Shown piece by piece: positions 17,279 through 26,959 of a DNA stretch of 45,114 nt. Location: NCBI GenBank assembly GCA_018819085.1, contig JAHJQT010000032.1:1-45114 (forward strand), written 5' to 3'. The stretch's first letter is position 1, and each line of letters opens with the position of its first letter. The position numbers and the translations under genes are program-made. Under the pieces are notes generated by a model, which saw only the letters and a program-made list of their open reading frames with translations, ran no database searches and was not told where the DNA came from. The stretch comes from Patescibacteria group bacterium. GTDB lineage: Bacteria > Patescibacteriota > Minisyncoccia > Portnoybacterales > UBA2143.

Positions 17279-18391
17279 ATGATTATCTTAGGAATAGAAA
17301 CATCATGTGATGATACTAGTATTTCCTTGGTTAAAAAAAACGCCAAGGGTTTTAAAATTTTATCAAATGTTGTTTCATCTCAAATAAAGATACATGCCAC
17401 TTACGGCGGCGTAGTTCCTAATTTAGCTGCACGAGAACATTTAAAAAATATTGAACCGTGTCTTAAACAAGCAATGAAAGAGGCAAAAAATCCAAAAATT
17501 GATTTAATAGCTGTAACTCATGGACCTGGACTAATTCCCTCTCTCCTAGTTGGTGTTAATTTTGCTAAAGCACTTGCATATAATTGCAAAAAGCCAATTA
17601 TTGGGATTAATCATATTGAAGGACATATTTATGCTAATTGGCTTGATAATTCAAAAATAGAATTTCCTGTTTTAGCCCTAGTTGTTTCGGGCGGACACAC
17701 ACAATTAGTATTAATGGAAAAACATAATAAGTATAAATTATTAGGGGAAACAAGAGATGATGCTGTTGGAGAAGCTTTTGATAAAGTTGCAAAATTACTT
17801 GGACTTGGATATCCAGGAGGACCAATTATTTCTCAAAGAGCAGAAAAGGGAAATCCTAAAAAATTTAATCTACCTAGACCAATGATGAATAGACAAAATT
17901 TTGATTTTTCTTTTTCTGGATTAAAAACAGCTGTATTATATGAAGTAAGAAAAACATGGGGACAGTCCCCTGTAAAGCTGGGACTGTCCCCAGATTACAT
18001 AAATGATATGGCTGCTTCATTTCAACAAGCTGCAATTGATGTTTTAATTAACAAAACAATAAAAGCGGCTAAAAAGTATAAAGTAAAAAATGTTATATTA
18101 TCTGGCGGCGTAGCTGCTAATCAAGAATTAAGAAATCAATTACAAAAAGCTGTTAAAAAAGAATTGAGTCATGTTAGTTTTAAAATGCCTGAAATTAAAT
18201 TATGTACAGACAATGCAGCTATGATTGCTGCAGTTGCTTTCTATAAGCAGAGCTTGAAATTACTCATTCGTGAAGAAAATAAAAATAAATTTTTCTGTTC
18301 TTCCCTCACTCCTAATTATAAAAAGAAGCCAACCTCTAAACAAAGCTGGCTTCATATTAATGCTAATTCAAATTTAAAATTGTTTACCTAA
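17279..18391 (+). CDS. tsaD: tRNA N6-adenosine threonylcarbamoyltransferase TsaD
   Basis: Motifs GIETSCDDT, HIEGHI and SGGVAAN. Confidence 0.85.
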   Translation: MIILGIETSCDDTSISLVKKNAKGFKILSNVVSSQIKIHATYGGVVPNLAAREHLKNIEPCLKQAMKEAKNPKIDLIAVTHGPGLIPSLLVGVNFAKALAYNCKKPIIGINHIEGHIYANWLDNSKIEFPVLALVVSGGHTQLVLMEKHNKYKLLGETRDDAVGEAFDKVAKLLGLGYPGGPIISQRAEKGNPKKFNLPRPMMNRQNFDFSFSGLKTAVLYEVRKTWGQSPVKLGLSPDYINDMAASFQQAAIDVLINKTIKAAKKYKVKNVILSGGVAANQELRNQLQKAVKKELSHVSFKMPEIKLCTDNAAMIAAVAFYKQSLKLLIREENKNKFFCSSLTPNYKKKPTSKQSWLHINANSNLKLFT

Positions 18392-18418
18392 AAAAATAAT
18401 TCTGTTATATTAAAATCA

Positions 18419-20476
18419 ATGAAAGAACTACCAAAAGCATACGATCCAAAAGAAAATGAAGAAAAAATTTACCAACAATGGGAAAAGTCAGGATTTTTTA
18501 ATCCTGATAATTTACCTGTAAAGAAAAATGCTGAAACATATACCATTGTGATTCCTCCTCCCAATGTTACTGGAGAGCTTCATATGGGTCATGCTTTAAA
18601 TAACACTCTGCAGGATGTTTTAATTAGATTTAAAAGAATGCAGGGATATAAAACGCTATGGGTACCTGGAACTGATCATGCTGGGATAGCAACTCAAAAT
18701 GTAGTTGAAAAAAAATTAAAAAAAGAAGGCGTTACTCGCCATGATTTAGGACGAGAAAAATTTTTAGAAGAAGTTTGGAAATGGCAAAAAAAATACGGGA
18801 AAGTAATTCTAGAACAGCTTAAGAAAATAGGATGCTCTTGTGATTGGTCACGAACCGCTTTCACTATGAATGAAGATTATCAAGAAGCAGTTAAAACAGC
18901 CTTTCTTCACTACTACGAAAAAGGATGGATTTATCAAGGCAAAAGAGTGGTTAATTGGTGCTCAAGATGTCAAACAAGTTTATCTGATTTAGAATTGGAA
19001 TATAAGGAAGAAAAAAGTCATTTGTGGTATATAAAATATCCGTTGGCTAATTCAAAAGAATTTGTAATAGTCGCTACTACTCGTCCAGAAACAATGCTTG
19101 GAGATACAGCTGTTGCTGTTAATCCAGATGATGTTCGTTATAAAAAATTTATTGGAAAGAATGTAATTTTACCTTTAGTTAATAGAGAGATTCCAATCAT
19201 CACAGATAAAGCTGTTGATCCTGAATTCGGCACAGGTGCAATAAAAGTAACTCCAGCTCATTCACTTGTTGATGCAGAAATTGGAGAAAAAAATAAGTTA
19301 GAATCAATTCAAGTAATAAGCGATAAAGGAAGAATGACAAAAAAAGCAGGAAAAGATTTTGCTAGTTTGAAGATTCTTGACGCACGCAAAAAAGTTATTG
19401 AAAAATTAAAAAAAGAAAATTCAATTGAAAAGATTGAAGATTATTCACATCAAATCCCCTGTTGTTATCGTTGCAATAGTACTGTGGAACCATTAATAAG
19501 CAATCAATGGTTTCTAAAGATGGATAAACTTGCTGAAAAAGCAATTAAAGTAGTTAAAAGTGGCCAGATTAAATTTCATCCTAAGCGTTGGGAAAAAGTA
19601 TATTTTGACTGGTTAAAAAACGTTAAAGATTGGTGTATTTCGCGACAGATTTGGTGGGGTCATAAAATACCAATTGACGGAATTGATGATGTTTTAGATA
19701 CTTGGTTTTCTTCCGCGTTATGGCCTTTAGCAACTCTTGGTTGGCCTAAAAAAACAAAAGATTTAGAAATGTATTATCCTACTAATACTTTAAGTACTGC
19801 TCGAGATATTATTAATCTATGGGTAGCACGAATGATTTTTTCTGGATTGGAATTTACAAAAAAAACACCATTTTCAGATATATATATTCATGCCACTGTA
19901 TTGAATAAAGAAGGCAAAAGAATGAGCAAATCGTTAGGAACAGGGATAGATCCTCTAGAATTAATAAATCAATATGGAGCTGATGCTACACGCTTTGGTT
20001 TGCTTTACCAAGCATTTGAAGGACAAGACATAAAGTTTTCAGAAGACAACATATTGATGGGTAAAAAATTTATTAACAAAGTATGGAATGCAAGCAGATT
20101 CGCTTTAATGCAAATTGGAGATTCCAAAATACAAATCAAAGATCCTGAAACACAAACAAAATTAACTCAAGCTGATAAAGAAATATTAAAACAACTTAAG
20201 GAAGTAAATAGGAAAATAACAAAAGATATTGAAAATTATCAGTTTGGAAGCGCTACTCATTTAATTTATGATTTTTTCTGGCATGATTTTTGTGATAAAT
20301 ATATTGAATCAGCTAAAAAACAAGATGACCAAAAAACAAAAGAAATTCTTGCTTATATTTTAATTAATTCTTTAAAAATCCTTCACCCATTTATTCCATT
20401 TGCCACTGAAGCTATTTATCAAACACTATCATTTAAAGAAAAAGGATTATTAATGATTGAAGAATGGCCAAATTAA
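18419..20476 (+). CDS. valS: Valine--tRNA ligase, short form (685 aa) lacking the C-terminal coiled-coil domain
   Basis: Contains HMGH and KMSKS (RMSKSLG) motifs. Colinear with canonical ValRS through the editing region (TTRPETMLGD) and the anticodon-binding helices. Confidence 0.75.
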   Translation: MKELPKAYDPKENEEKIYQQWEKSGFFNPDNLPVKKNAETYTIVIPPPNVTGELHMGHALNNTLQDVLIRFKRMQGYKTLWVPGTDHAGIATQNVVEKKLKKEGVTRHDLGREKFLEEVWKWQKKYGKVILEQLKKIGCSCDWSRTAFTMNEDYQEAVKTAFLHYYEKGWIYQGKRVVNWCSRCQTSLSDLELEYKEEKSHLWYIKYPLANSKEFVIVATTRPETMLGDTAVAVNPDDVRYKKFIGKNVILPLVNREIPIITDKAVDPEFGTGAIKVTPAHSLVDAEIGEKNKLESIQVISDKGRMTKKAGKDFASLKILDARKKVIEKLKKENSIEKIEDYSHQIPCCYRCNSTVEPLISNQWFLKMDKLAEKAIKVVKSGQIKFHPKRWEKVYFDWLKNVKDWCISRQIWWGHKIPIDGIDDVLDTWFSSALWPLATLGWPKKTKDLEMYYPTNTLSTARDIINLWVARMIFSGLEFTKKTPFSDIYIHATVLNKEGKRMSKSLGTGIDPLELINQYGADATRFGLLYQAFEGQDIKFSEDNILMGKKFINKVWNASRFALMQIGDSKIQIKDPETQTKLTQADKEILKQLKEVNRKITKDIENYQFGSATHLIYDFFWHDFCDKYIESAKKQDDQKTKEILAYILINSLKILHPFIPFATEAIYQTLSFKEKGLLMIEEWPN

Positions 20477-20603
20477 AATTTCTAATTTTTAATTTCTATT
20501 AAATATCTAATAAATTAATTTCCAAACTAAATTAATTATGTTTGAAAATTAAAGAATTGATAATTTAATGAAAATTGATAATTGATAATTGAAAATTAAA
20601 TTC

Positions 20604-21353
20604 ATGCAATATGTTTTTTACATTTGTCTCGGTCTCTTGCCTAGTTTAATCTGGCTATCTTTTTATCTAAGAAAAGATAAAAACCCTGAACCTAATTCTA
20701 TAATTATAAGGGTATTTATTTGGGGAATGCTTTTAGCTCCACTAGCTATTATTCTAGAACTACTGTTAATCTGGATACTTAATCCAGGATATAATTTAAC
20801 AGCTCTTTTATCTCAAACAAATTCTGATAATATTATTAAAATAGTATTAGCTGCAACATTAATTCCAGCATTAGTTGAAGAATACTTAAAATATTCAATA
20901 ATAAAACATCGATTTCTTAGAAAACCTGAATTTGATGAACCAACTGACGTTATTTTATACTGTATTATAGCAGGATTAGGATTTGCTGCTATAGAAAATA
21001 TACTTGTTATTTTTAAAGGATCTTTTCCTAATTTTGGAGAATCATTTGGAATAATTGGATTTCGTTTTCTGGGCGCAACATTACTTCATGCTTTAGCAGC
21101 TGGGATAACTGGCTATTGGCTCGCCTTGGGCCTTTTGAATGCAAAAAAAAGAAAAATATTTATATTCATAGGATTAACTATTGCCATCGCTCTTCATACC
21201 TGTTACAATTATCTTATTATTACAGCGCTTAATAGAACAGACGGTTATAAGATAATTTTAATTTTTGCCACAGCTATTCTTCTATTTTCTGTAGCGCTAT
21301 TCGTTTCTCTCTATTTTAAAAAATTAAAAAAACAAAAATCTATTTGTAAATAA
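20604..21353 (+). CDS. PrsW-family intramembrane protease-like membrane protein
   Basis: EEYLKY (ExxK) motif and FRFLGATLLHAL motif in TM helices. The ORF-track start at 20589 is a TTG; ATG at 20604 is preferred. Confidence 0.5.
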   Translation: MQYVFYICLGLLPSLIWLSFYLRKDKNPEPNSIIIRVFIWGMLLAPLAIILELLLIWILNPGYNLTALLSQTNSDNIIKIVLAATLIPALVEEYLKYSIIKHRFLRKPEFDEPTDVILYCIIAGLGFAAIENILVIFKGSFPNFGESFGIIGFRFLGATLLHALAAGITGYWLALGLLNAKKRKIFIFIGLTIAIALHTCYNYLIITALNRTDGYKIILIFATAILLFSVALFVSLYFKKLKKQKSICK

Positions 21354-21429
21354 CTTCCTGAAGCCTGAAAAAAAAGACCTGAAATTCAAATTAAATTTCA
21401 AGTTTAAATACTCAAGCTTCAAAATTAAC

Positions 21430-21990
21430 ATGACTAAAAAACCTTCATTTTTTGAAAAATTAACTGGCGCTAGTTGGGAAGAGTCAGAAAAAAAAGTTTC
21501 TGAGAAAGATAAAAAATCGGCTAAAAATGAACTTATCATAAAAGAAAAAATAAATAAAATGAAAAAAATCAAATCAAAGAAAGATTCTTCTGAAAAAAAT
21601 GATAAGCAGGTTTCTTTTCAAAAAAAATCAGAAGAGAAAGAAGATTGGTTGGCCGAATCAGAAGGACAACTCACTATTGATGTATATCAAACTCCAAACG
21701 AAATAGTTATTAAATCAACTATTGCTGGAGTTAAGCCAGAAGATATTGATATTAGTATGACCAATGACATGATTACTATAAAAGGAAACCGAAAGAAAGA
21801 CGAGGATGCAAAAGAAGAAGATTATTATTATCAAGAATGCTACTGGGGACCTTTTTCCCGCTCTGTCATTCTCCCTGTAGATGTAGAAGTTGACCATGCT
21901 AAAGCAGGAATGAAAAATGGTATTCTAACAATTAAACTTCCAAAGATAGAAAGAGTAAAAACCAAAAAAATATCAATAGAAGCTGAATAA
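21430..21990 (+). CDS. Hsp20/alpha-crystallin small heat-shock protein with a Lys-rich N-terminal extension
   Basis: ACD signature from LTIDVYQTPNEIVIK to GILTIKLPK. Confidence 0.75.
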   Translation: MTKKPSFFEKLTGASWEESEKKVSEKDKKSAKNELIIKEKINKMKKIKSKKDSSEKNDKQVSFQKKSEEKEDWLAESEGQLTIDVYQTPNEIVIKSTIAGVKPEDIDISMTNDMITIKGNRKKDEDAKEEDYYYQECYWGPFSRSVILPVDVEVDHAKAGMKNGILTIKLPKIERVKTKKISIEAE

Positions 21991-22015
21991 TTTTAAATTT
22001 TTACGATCTTGAACT

Positions 22016-22045
22016 AAAACCCCGCTTATTGTTGCGGGGTTTTTG
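22016..22045 (+). terminator. Intrinsic terminator
   Basis: Stem ccccgc / gcgggg with an 8-nt loop, followed by TTTTT. Confidence 0.7.
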
Positions 22046-22060
22046 TGTTATTATTAAAAA

Positions 22061-23749
22061 ATGAAGAAAATTTATCGTAAAATAATAATAGGTCTTCTTA
22101 TTATTACCACAGGATTAATATATTTGATACTAATTCTTCAGATTGTTAATAATGAAAAAATAGCTTTTGGAATTAAAATAGCAGATGCTAATTTAGGTGG
22201 GCAAAATATTACAAAATCAAAAAATATATTAAAAGAACAATGGAATAATTTTAACGAACAAAACATAACTCTCTTATATCAAGAATATAATTGGCCTGTT
22301 AAATTACCTGACTTAGGATTTGAACTAAAAACACAAGAAACAATAGATAAGGCTTATAAAATTACACATCAAGCAAATATTATAATAAATATCAAAGAAC
22401 AATTATTCGCCTTATTTGGCTTATATCAAACTGAACCTATTTATGAAATAAACAGCAAAAAATTTGAAGAAAAAACAATTGAATTGTTTAAAAATATTGA
22501 AAAACCAGCTCAAAACGCCTCATTGATATTTAATGAAGAACTTAATAGCTTTTCCATTCAACACTCAACAAAAGGAACAACAATTGATAGAGAAAAATTA
22601 TTAAATAAGTTATCAGAAAATGTTTCTAGTTTTTCTTTACAATCAATTAATTTAGAATTAATTATTGATAATCCTTCAGTAATAAACAATGAAACTAATT
22701 TGGCGAATGAAAAAGCTCAAAAAATATTATCAAAACAGCCATACCAATTAATTCTTGAAGATAGAACATGGACAATTAATAAAGAAACTTTAATTGATTG
22801 GATTGAATTTAAGCCTGAGAATGAGATCAATTCTGATAATCAAATTCTTGGCGTTTTCTTAAACGAAGATAAAATTAAAGAATATTTATTAAAAATTTCT
22901 TATGAGATAAATAAGCCTGCAACTGATGCGCAATTAAAAACATCAAGTAGTACTGCTATTCTTTTTATACCAGATAAGCCTGGATTTGAAATAAAAACAG
23001 AAAAAACGATTGAACAAATAAATAACGATATTCTTGCTTTAGAGCCAAATAAAATAATAAATATTATAGCTGATAAATCATTACCTAAAATCACATTAGG
23101 AGAAACAAATGATCTAGGAATTAATGTCTTAATTGGCCAAGGAGTTTCTAATTTTTATGGTTCTTCAAAGAATAGAATTCATAATATAAAGACGGGAGCA
23201 GCAACATTAAATGGTATAATTATAAAGCCAAATGAAGAATTTTCTTTTAATTATTTTATAAACGAAACAGGACCAGAGCAAGGATATTTACAAGAATTGG
23301 TAATTAAAAAAGATAAAACAATTTTAGAATACGGAGGTGGATTATGTCAGGTTTCAACAACTATATTCAGAGCAGCAATTAAAGCAGGATTAGAAATAAC
23401 TCAAAGAAGACCACATGCATTTCCAGTAGGATATTATAATCCTCAAGGATTTGATGCTACTGTCTATAGCCCTTGGACTGATTTACGTTTTATTAACAAC
23501 ACACCGAATCATATTTTAGTTCAATCATTTGTTAGTGGCTATCAATTATTTTTTAATTTTTACGGCACTAATGATGGTAGAAAGATAATAGTAAAAGGAC
23601 CATATGTTTTAGAAAAAAAAGAAGACGGCTCAATGAAAACCGTCTTTACTCAAGAAATCTACCAAAAAGGAGAGCTTATTAGCAAACAAGAATTTTATTC
23701 TGACTACAAATCCCCTGACTTATTTCCCATAGAAAAAGAGGAAGAATAA
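22061..23749 (+). CDS. VanW-domain protein with an N-terminal TM helix
   Basis: C-terminus YGGGLCQVSTTIFRAA...RRPHAFPVGYY matches the VanW domain. Confidence 0.65.
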   Translation: MKKIYRKIIIGLLIITTGLIYLILILQIVNNEKIAFGIKIADANLGGQNITKSKNILKEQWNNFNEQNITLLYQEYNWPVKLPDLGFELKTQETIDKAYKITHQANIIINIKEQLFALFGLYQTEPIYEINSKKFEEKTIELFKNIEKPAQNASLIFNEELNSFSIQHSTKGTTIDREKLLNKLSENVSSFSLQSINLELIIDNPSVINNETNLANEKAQKILSKQPYQLILEDRTWTINKETLIDWIEFKPENEINSDNQILGVFLNEDKIKEYLLKISYEINKPATDAQLKTSSSTAILFIPDKPGFEIKTEKTIEQINNDILALEPNKIINIIADKSLPKITLGETNDLGINVLIGQGVSNFYGSSKNRIHNIKTGAATLNGIIIKPNEEFSFNYFINETGPEQGYLQELVIKKDKTILEYGGGLCQVSTTIFRAAIKAGLEITQRRPHAFPVGYYNPQGFDATVYSPWTDLRFINNTPNHILVQSFVSGYQLFFNFYGTNDGRKIIVKGPYVLEKKEDGSMKTVFTQEIYQKGELISKQEFYSDYKSPDLFPIEKEEE

Positions 23750-23752
23750 ACT

Positions 23753-24952
23753 TTATTTCTTCCTAAAACGTAAAGTAGAATAAAAATATTTAAAAATATC
23801 AATAAACTTAGCCAAATCAGTTCTAATCTGATTTTTTATTTTCTTTTCATACTCATCAAATCTATTATTATAATAATACTTCTTTTCCATTTTAACTAAA
23901 ATATTAGCAAACCAAATAGTTATAATTACAACTGGAAAAGCAATAATAACATCCATAAAATAATGTTGGCCTAAATATATCGCACCAACAGTAGAAAGGA
24001 AGTTCCAAGGCAAGGTAAAAAATATTGTTCTTCTATCTAATTTATATAAATAATATAAAATCAACAATGCCCAAGCAACATGCATGCTTGGAATTGTGCT
24101 AATAGGTATAACATCATTTCTCCCAATGCCAATATCTTCATGAAAATTTAATATCCTATAATCCAACTTATTATTAGCAATAATTTCTTTCACATCCATA
24201 TCAACTTTACTATAAATCTGACTTATTCTTTGAGGATTATAAATATTATTTAAATGTCTAGGACTATTAGCCGGATATATTATCCAAACAGGCAAAGCAA
24301 TCATAACAGCTAAAGTCATTGCCACTATATATTCACTAAATAATTCTCTTTTTTTACTGAAATATAAAATGACCCATGTTATTCCCATCATTGAACCTAA
24401 AAAAAGATAACCAAAAATCAATAAAGGAATCATTTTAAAAAACAAATCAACTTGATAATAAGAACCTAAAAAAGGATAAAAACCAAATAATTTATTGTCC
24501 ATATTCATTAATAGACTATCAATAAAATTTCCTTTTAATAAAATAGCTAAAAGTCCTAGTAATATGGTTATAAAGCCAAAAAAAATACTCACAGAAAAAA
24601 GTGGTTTAATAATTATTAAACTGGTAAAAAATATTTTTTTAATTTTACTTGAAGTATTCTTAAAAGGATTGGATAAAGAAAAAAAACTAATTTTTTTTTC
24701 AATCAAAGGATTTAGCCAATTTATTATATATAGATAAAGTTTATAAAAAATATAAAGATAAATAAAAAGAAAAACAAAAGAAAAATATTTTACTCCAATA
24801 GCAAGATGTTTAAACCCATAGTCAAAAAAATCAGTAAAACCTGATTTAAGTCCATTCAGAATAAAATAAGCAGAAATCAGAACTAAAGAAAAAATAAATA
24901 AAATATATTCTTCAATCTTAATAGATCGAAGAATATTTTTAATTTTAATCAT
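23753..24952 (-). CDS. PAP2-superfamily polytopic membrane protein
   Basis: C-terminal PSMHVAW and GQHYFMD motifs. Trimmed from the ORF-track start at 25045, which runs through tRNA-Leu. Confidence 0.45.
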   Translation of the reverse strand: MIKIKNILRSIKIEEYILFIFSLVLISAYFILNGLKSGFTDFFDYGFKHLAIGVKYFSFVFLFIYLYIFYKLYLYIINWLNPLIEKKISFFSLSNPFKNTSSKIKKIFFTSLIIIKPLFSVSIFFGFITILLGLLAILLKGNFIDSLLMNMDNKLFGFYPFLGSYYQVDLFFKMIPLLIFGYLFLGSMMGITWVILYFSKKRELFSEYIVAMTLAVMIALPVWIIYPANSPRHLNNIYNPQRISQIYSKVDMDVKEIIANNKLDYRILNFHEDIGIGRNDVIPISTIPSMHVAWALLILYYLYKLDRRTIFFTLPWNFLSTVGAIYLGQHYFMDVIIAFPVVIITIWFANILVKMEKKYYYNNRFDEYEKKIKNQIRTDLAKFIDIFKYFYSTLRFRKK

Positions 24953-24964
24953 AATATTTAATAG

Positions 24965-25048
24965 TGCCTTGGGAGAGATTCGAACTCTCAATCCCTTGCG
25001 GGAACTTGGTCCTAAGCCAAGCACGTATTCCAGTTCCGCCACCAAGGC
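24965..25048 (-). tRNA. tRNA-Leu, anticodon UAG, long variable arm, no encoded CCA
   Basis: Manual fold: acceptor gccttgg/ccaaggc, anticodon stem cttgg/ccaag, loop ctTAGga, T-loop ttcgaat. Confidence 0.7.
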
Positions 25049-25090
25049 ATATTTATATTTTAAACTTTTTACTGATTAAATCAAGGTGTA

Positions 25091-25156
25091 TCAAGGACGG
25101 TCTTTAAAATATACGTCCTTTACAAAGGACGTAATATATTTAAGGACCGTCCTTTT
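25091..25156. promoter_or_regulatory. Operator-like cluster of nested palindromes built on AAGGAC(N)GTCCTT half-sites
   Basis: aaggacggtc (25093) is complementary to gaccgtcctt (25145). Inner palindrome tacgtccttt-acaa-aggacgta at 25112-25133. aaggaccgtcctt at 25142-25154 is itself a near-palindrome. Confidence 0.5.
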
Positions 25157-25174
25157 ACACATTACCTCTCCATC

Positions 25175-25203
25175 TTGACTTTTTTAAATTTATTATATAT
25201 AAT
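25175..25203 (+). promoter_or_regulatory. Sigma-70 promoter: TTGACT-17-TATAAT
   Basis: Near-consensus hexamers, followed by an AAGGAGG RBS at 25279. Confidence 0.65.
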
Positions 25204-25294
25204 ATAAACAATGAAATTTGGCTAGAGGGGCTGAATTTTCAAGCCCTTTAAAAATTTATAAACTTATTCTTACTACAGAAAAGGAGGAAAGAAA

Positions 25295-26398
25295 ATGGAA
25301 AATTTTCTAACTGGCATTTACATTGGGTTATATATAATCGGAATCATAACAATTATCATAGGCCCTATTGTTTTAGTTTACTTTTTAGCAAAAAACAATA
25401 TTTTCTTTACTATTGTCAAAGAAGGCCAAGCAAAGGCAATCTTAAAATTTGGAGCATTCCAAAGAATGATTATGTGTTATCAAGGATATGGATTCAACGA
25501 AGAATGGGATATTTGTCAAAGAGTTACTCAAGGAAACGAACCTAATTTAAGAGGAGTTTTAGGGGCAGTAAAAAACAGCAATGATGAAATAATAGGAAAT
25601 TGCCAGTTAAGAAAAGAACTGATCAGAATAGGCGGTTTAATGTGGATAGGCATTCCATTAATTCATTCTGTGCATAAATACGAATTCAGATGGACGTCAT
25701 TTGAACAAGCTGAAGAGGGAGGAAAATTGATAGATAAAAAGGTACCTCACGCAGGAGAAAAAATAGATTACATTCTAGTCCAAGATGACATCTATTATAC
25801 TTTTCTTGGCGACGCTGACACAAAAGAACTAATACCAGTAGATATGGAACTGCTTTTAACAATTAGAATAATTAATCCATACAAGGCGCTGTTTCGCGTT
25901 CAGAATTGGCTTGAAGCAGTCCAAAATCAAACAAAGCCAGCTCTTCGAGGATTCGCCGCTGATAAAAACTATGCGGATCTGATCGGAAAAAAAGAAGAGA
26001 TAGAAAGAGAAGCAGACACTTTTCTTGCCGAATCAGGAATTCACAGATACACAGAAAGAAATTATGGCGCTCGTTTAAAAAGAGTTGGCATGGTCAGTAT
26101 TAATCTTTGCGGAGAAAGAGGAAAAGCTTACCTTGAGGCCTCTACAAAACAATATGAGGCTGATAGAGAAAAAGAAAGAATTGAAACAATCGCTAATGCT
26201 GAAGTTGAAAGAATTAATAAAGTATATAGCGAGATAACAAGTCATGGAAGTGAAGGATTATTCATTAGAGCTAACGAGGCAATTGAAGAAGCCGGACGAG
26301 GCCCAAGCAATTTAGTTATATTTCCATTAGGATCCGCCAAATCAATGTTAAAAGATTTAACTGGTGGAATAATTAAAGAAAAGAGGAGTAGGAAATGA
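25295..26398 (+). CDS. SPFH/band-7-like membrane protein with an N-terminal TM helix and a C-terminal coiled coil
   Basis: FFTIVKEGQAKAILKFG follows the TM helix. ...TKELIPVDMELLLTIRIINPYKALFRVQNW...ALRGFA...YGARLKRVGMVSINL fits the SPFH pattern. Confidence 0.45.
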   Translation: MENFLTGIYIGLYIIGIITIIIGPIVLVYFLAKNNIFFTIVKEGQAKAILKFGAFQRMIMCYQGYGFNEEWDICQRVTQGNEPNLRGVLGAVKNSNDEIIGNCQLRKELIRIGGLMWIGIPLIHSVHKYEFRWTSFEQAEEGGKLIDKKVPHAGEKIDYILVQDDIYYTFLGDADTKELIPVDMELLLTIRIINPYKALFRVQNWLEAVQNQTKPALRGFAADKNYADLIGKKEEIEREADTFLAESGIHRYTERNYGARLKRVGMVSINLCGERGKAYLEASTKQYEADREKERIETIANAEVERINKVYSEITSHGSEGLFIRANEAIEEAGRGPSNLVIFPLGSAKSMLKDLTGGIIKEKRSRK

Positions 26399-26880
26399 AT
26401 ATCTTGGCAACTATATTAGGTATCTTTATTGTTCTCTCCATGTTTTCTTTAATCATCTATTTAGCGGTTAAAAAGAAAGTTTGGCTAATTATGATTATTG
26501 GAGGAGTTCTCGTTATCGGAATAATCTTTATATTAATTAACTCTTCAGAAAAACCAAAAATTACTAACAAAACATCAACCTCAACCGCTCAACAAAAACC
26601 TCGCGCTTCACGAACCCTCTCTGCAACTTTCAAACTACCAGCTGATGGAACAATAGTCAGCCGTGATGAAAATGGACGGGAAATTTCTTATAAAAAGGGG
26701 CAGTATGTCCGTTTTGAACAACTAACTGCCTCTGGTAAGTTTGTTTATGTTAATCCCGATTCTCCATCATGGGAAACCAATAAAAGATCCTGCATAAGCG
26801 GACCTGCTTCTTCTGATGGAACCATAAAACTCATGTCCTGCTCAGGACGAGAAATGAGTTTAAGGGTAACCGTTCAATAA
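26395..26880 (+). CDS. Hypothetical membrane protein with two TM helices and an extracytoplasmic domain, translationally coupled to the SPFH-like gene
   Basis: 4-nt overlap with the upstream gene. Hydrophobic N-terminus. Confidence 0.45.
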   Translation: MNILATILGIFIVLSMFSLIIYLAVKKKVWLIMIIGGVLVIGIIFILINSSEKPKITNKTSTSTAQQKPRASRTLSATFKLPADGTIVSRDENGREISYKKGQYVRFEQLTASGKFVYVNPDSPSWETNKRSCISGPASSDGTIKLMSCSGREMSLRVTVQ

Positions 26881-26898
26881 ATAACAAAACAACCAAAA

Positions 26899-26936
26899 AG
26901 CCAGACAAGGAAAAACAACCTTGCTCTGGCTTTTTA
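26899..26936 (+). terminator. Intrinsic terminator, possibly bidirectional
   Basis: Stem gccagacaagg / ccttgctctggc, followed by TTTTT. Confidence 0.6.
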
Positions 26937-26959
26937 AATTTAAATGATATTTAAATGTA

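Noticed and set aside
20556-20603. TTGATAATT repeats as DnaA boxes marking oriC
   Set aside because: The match to TTATCCACA is only 6 of 9. dnaA and dnaN are absent. I kept it only as a generic repeated site.
24953-25045. ORF-track extension of the PAP2-like gene up to 25045
   Set aside because: The extra 31 codons are the reverse complement of tRNA-Leu(UAG). The real start is ATG at 24952.
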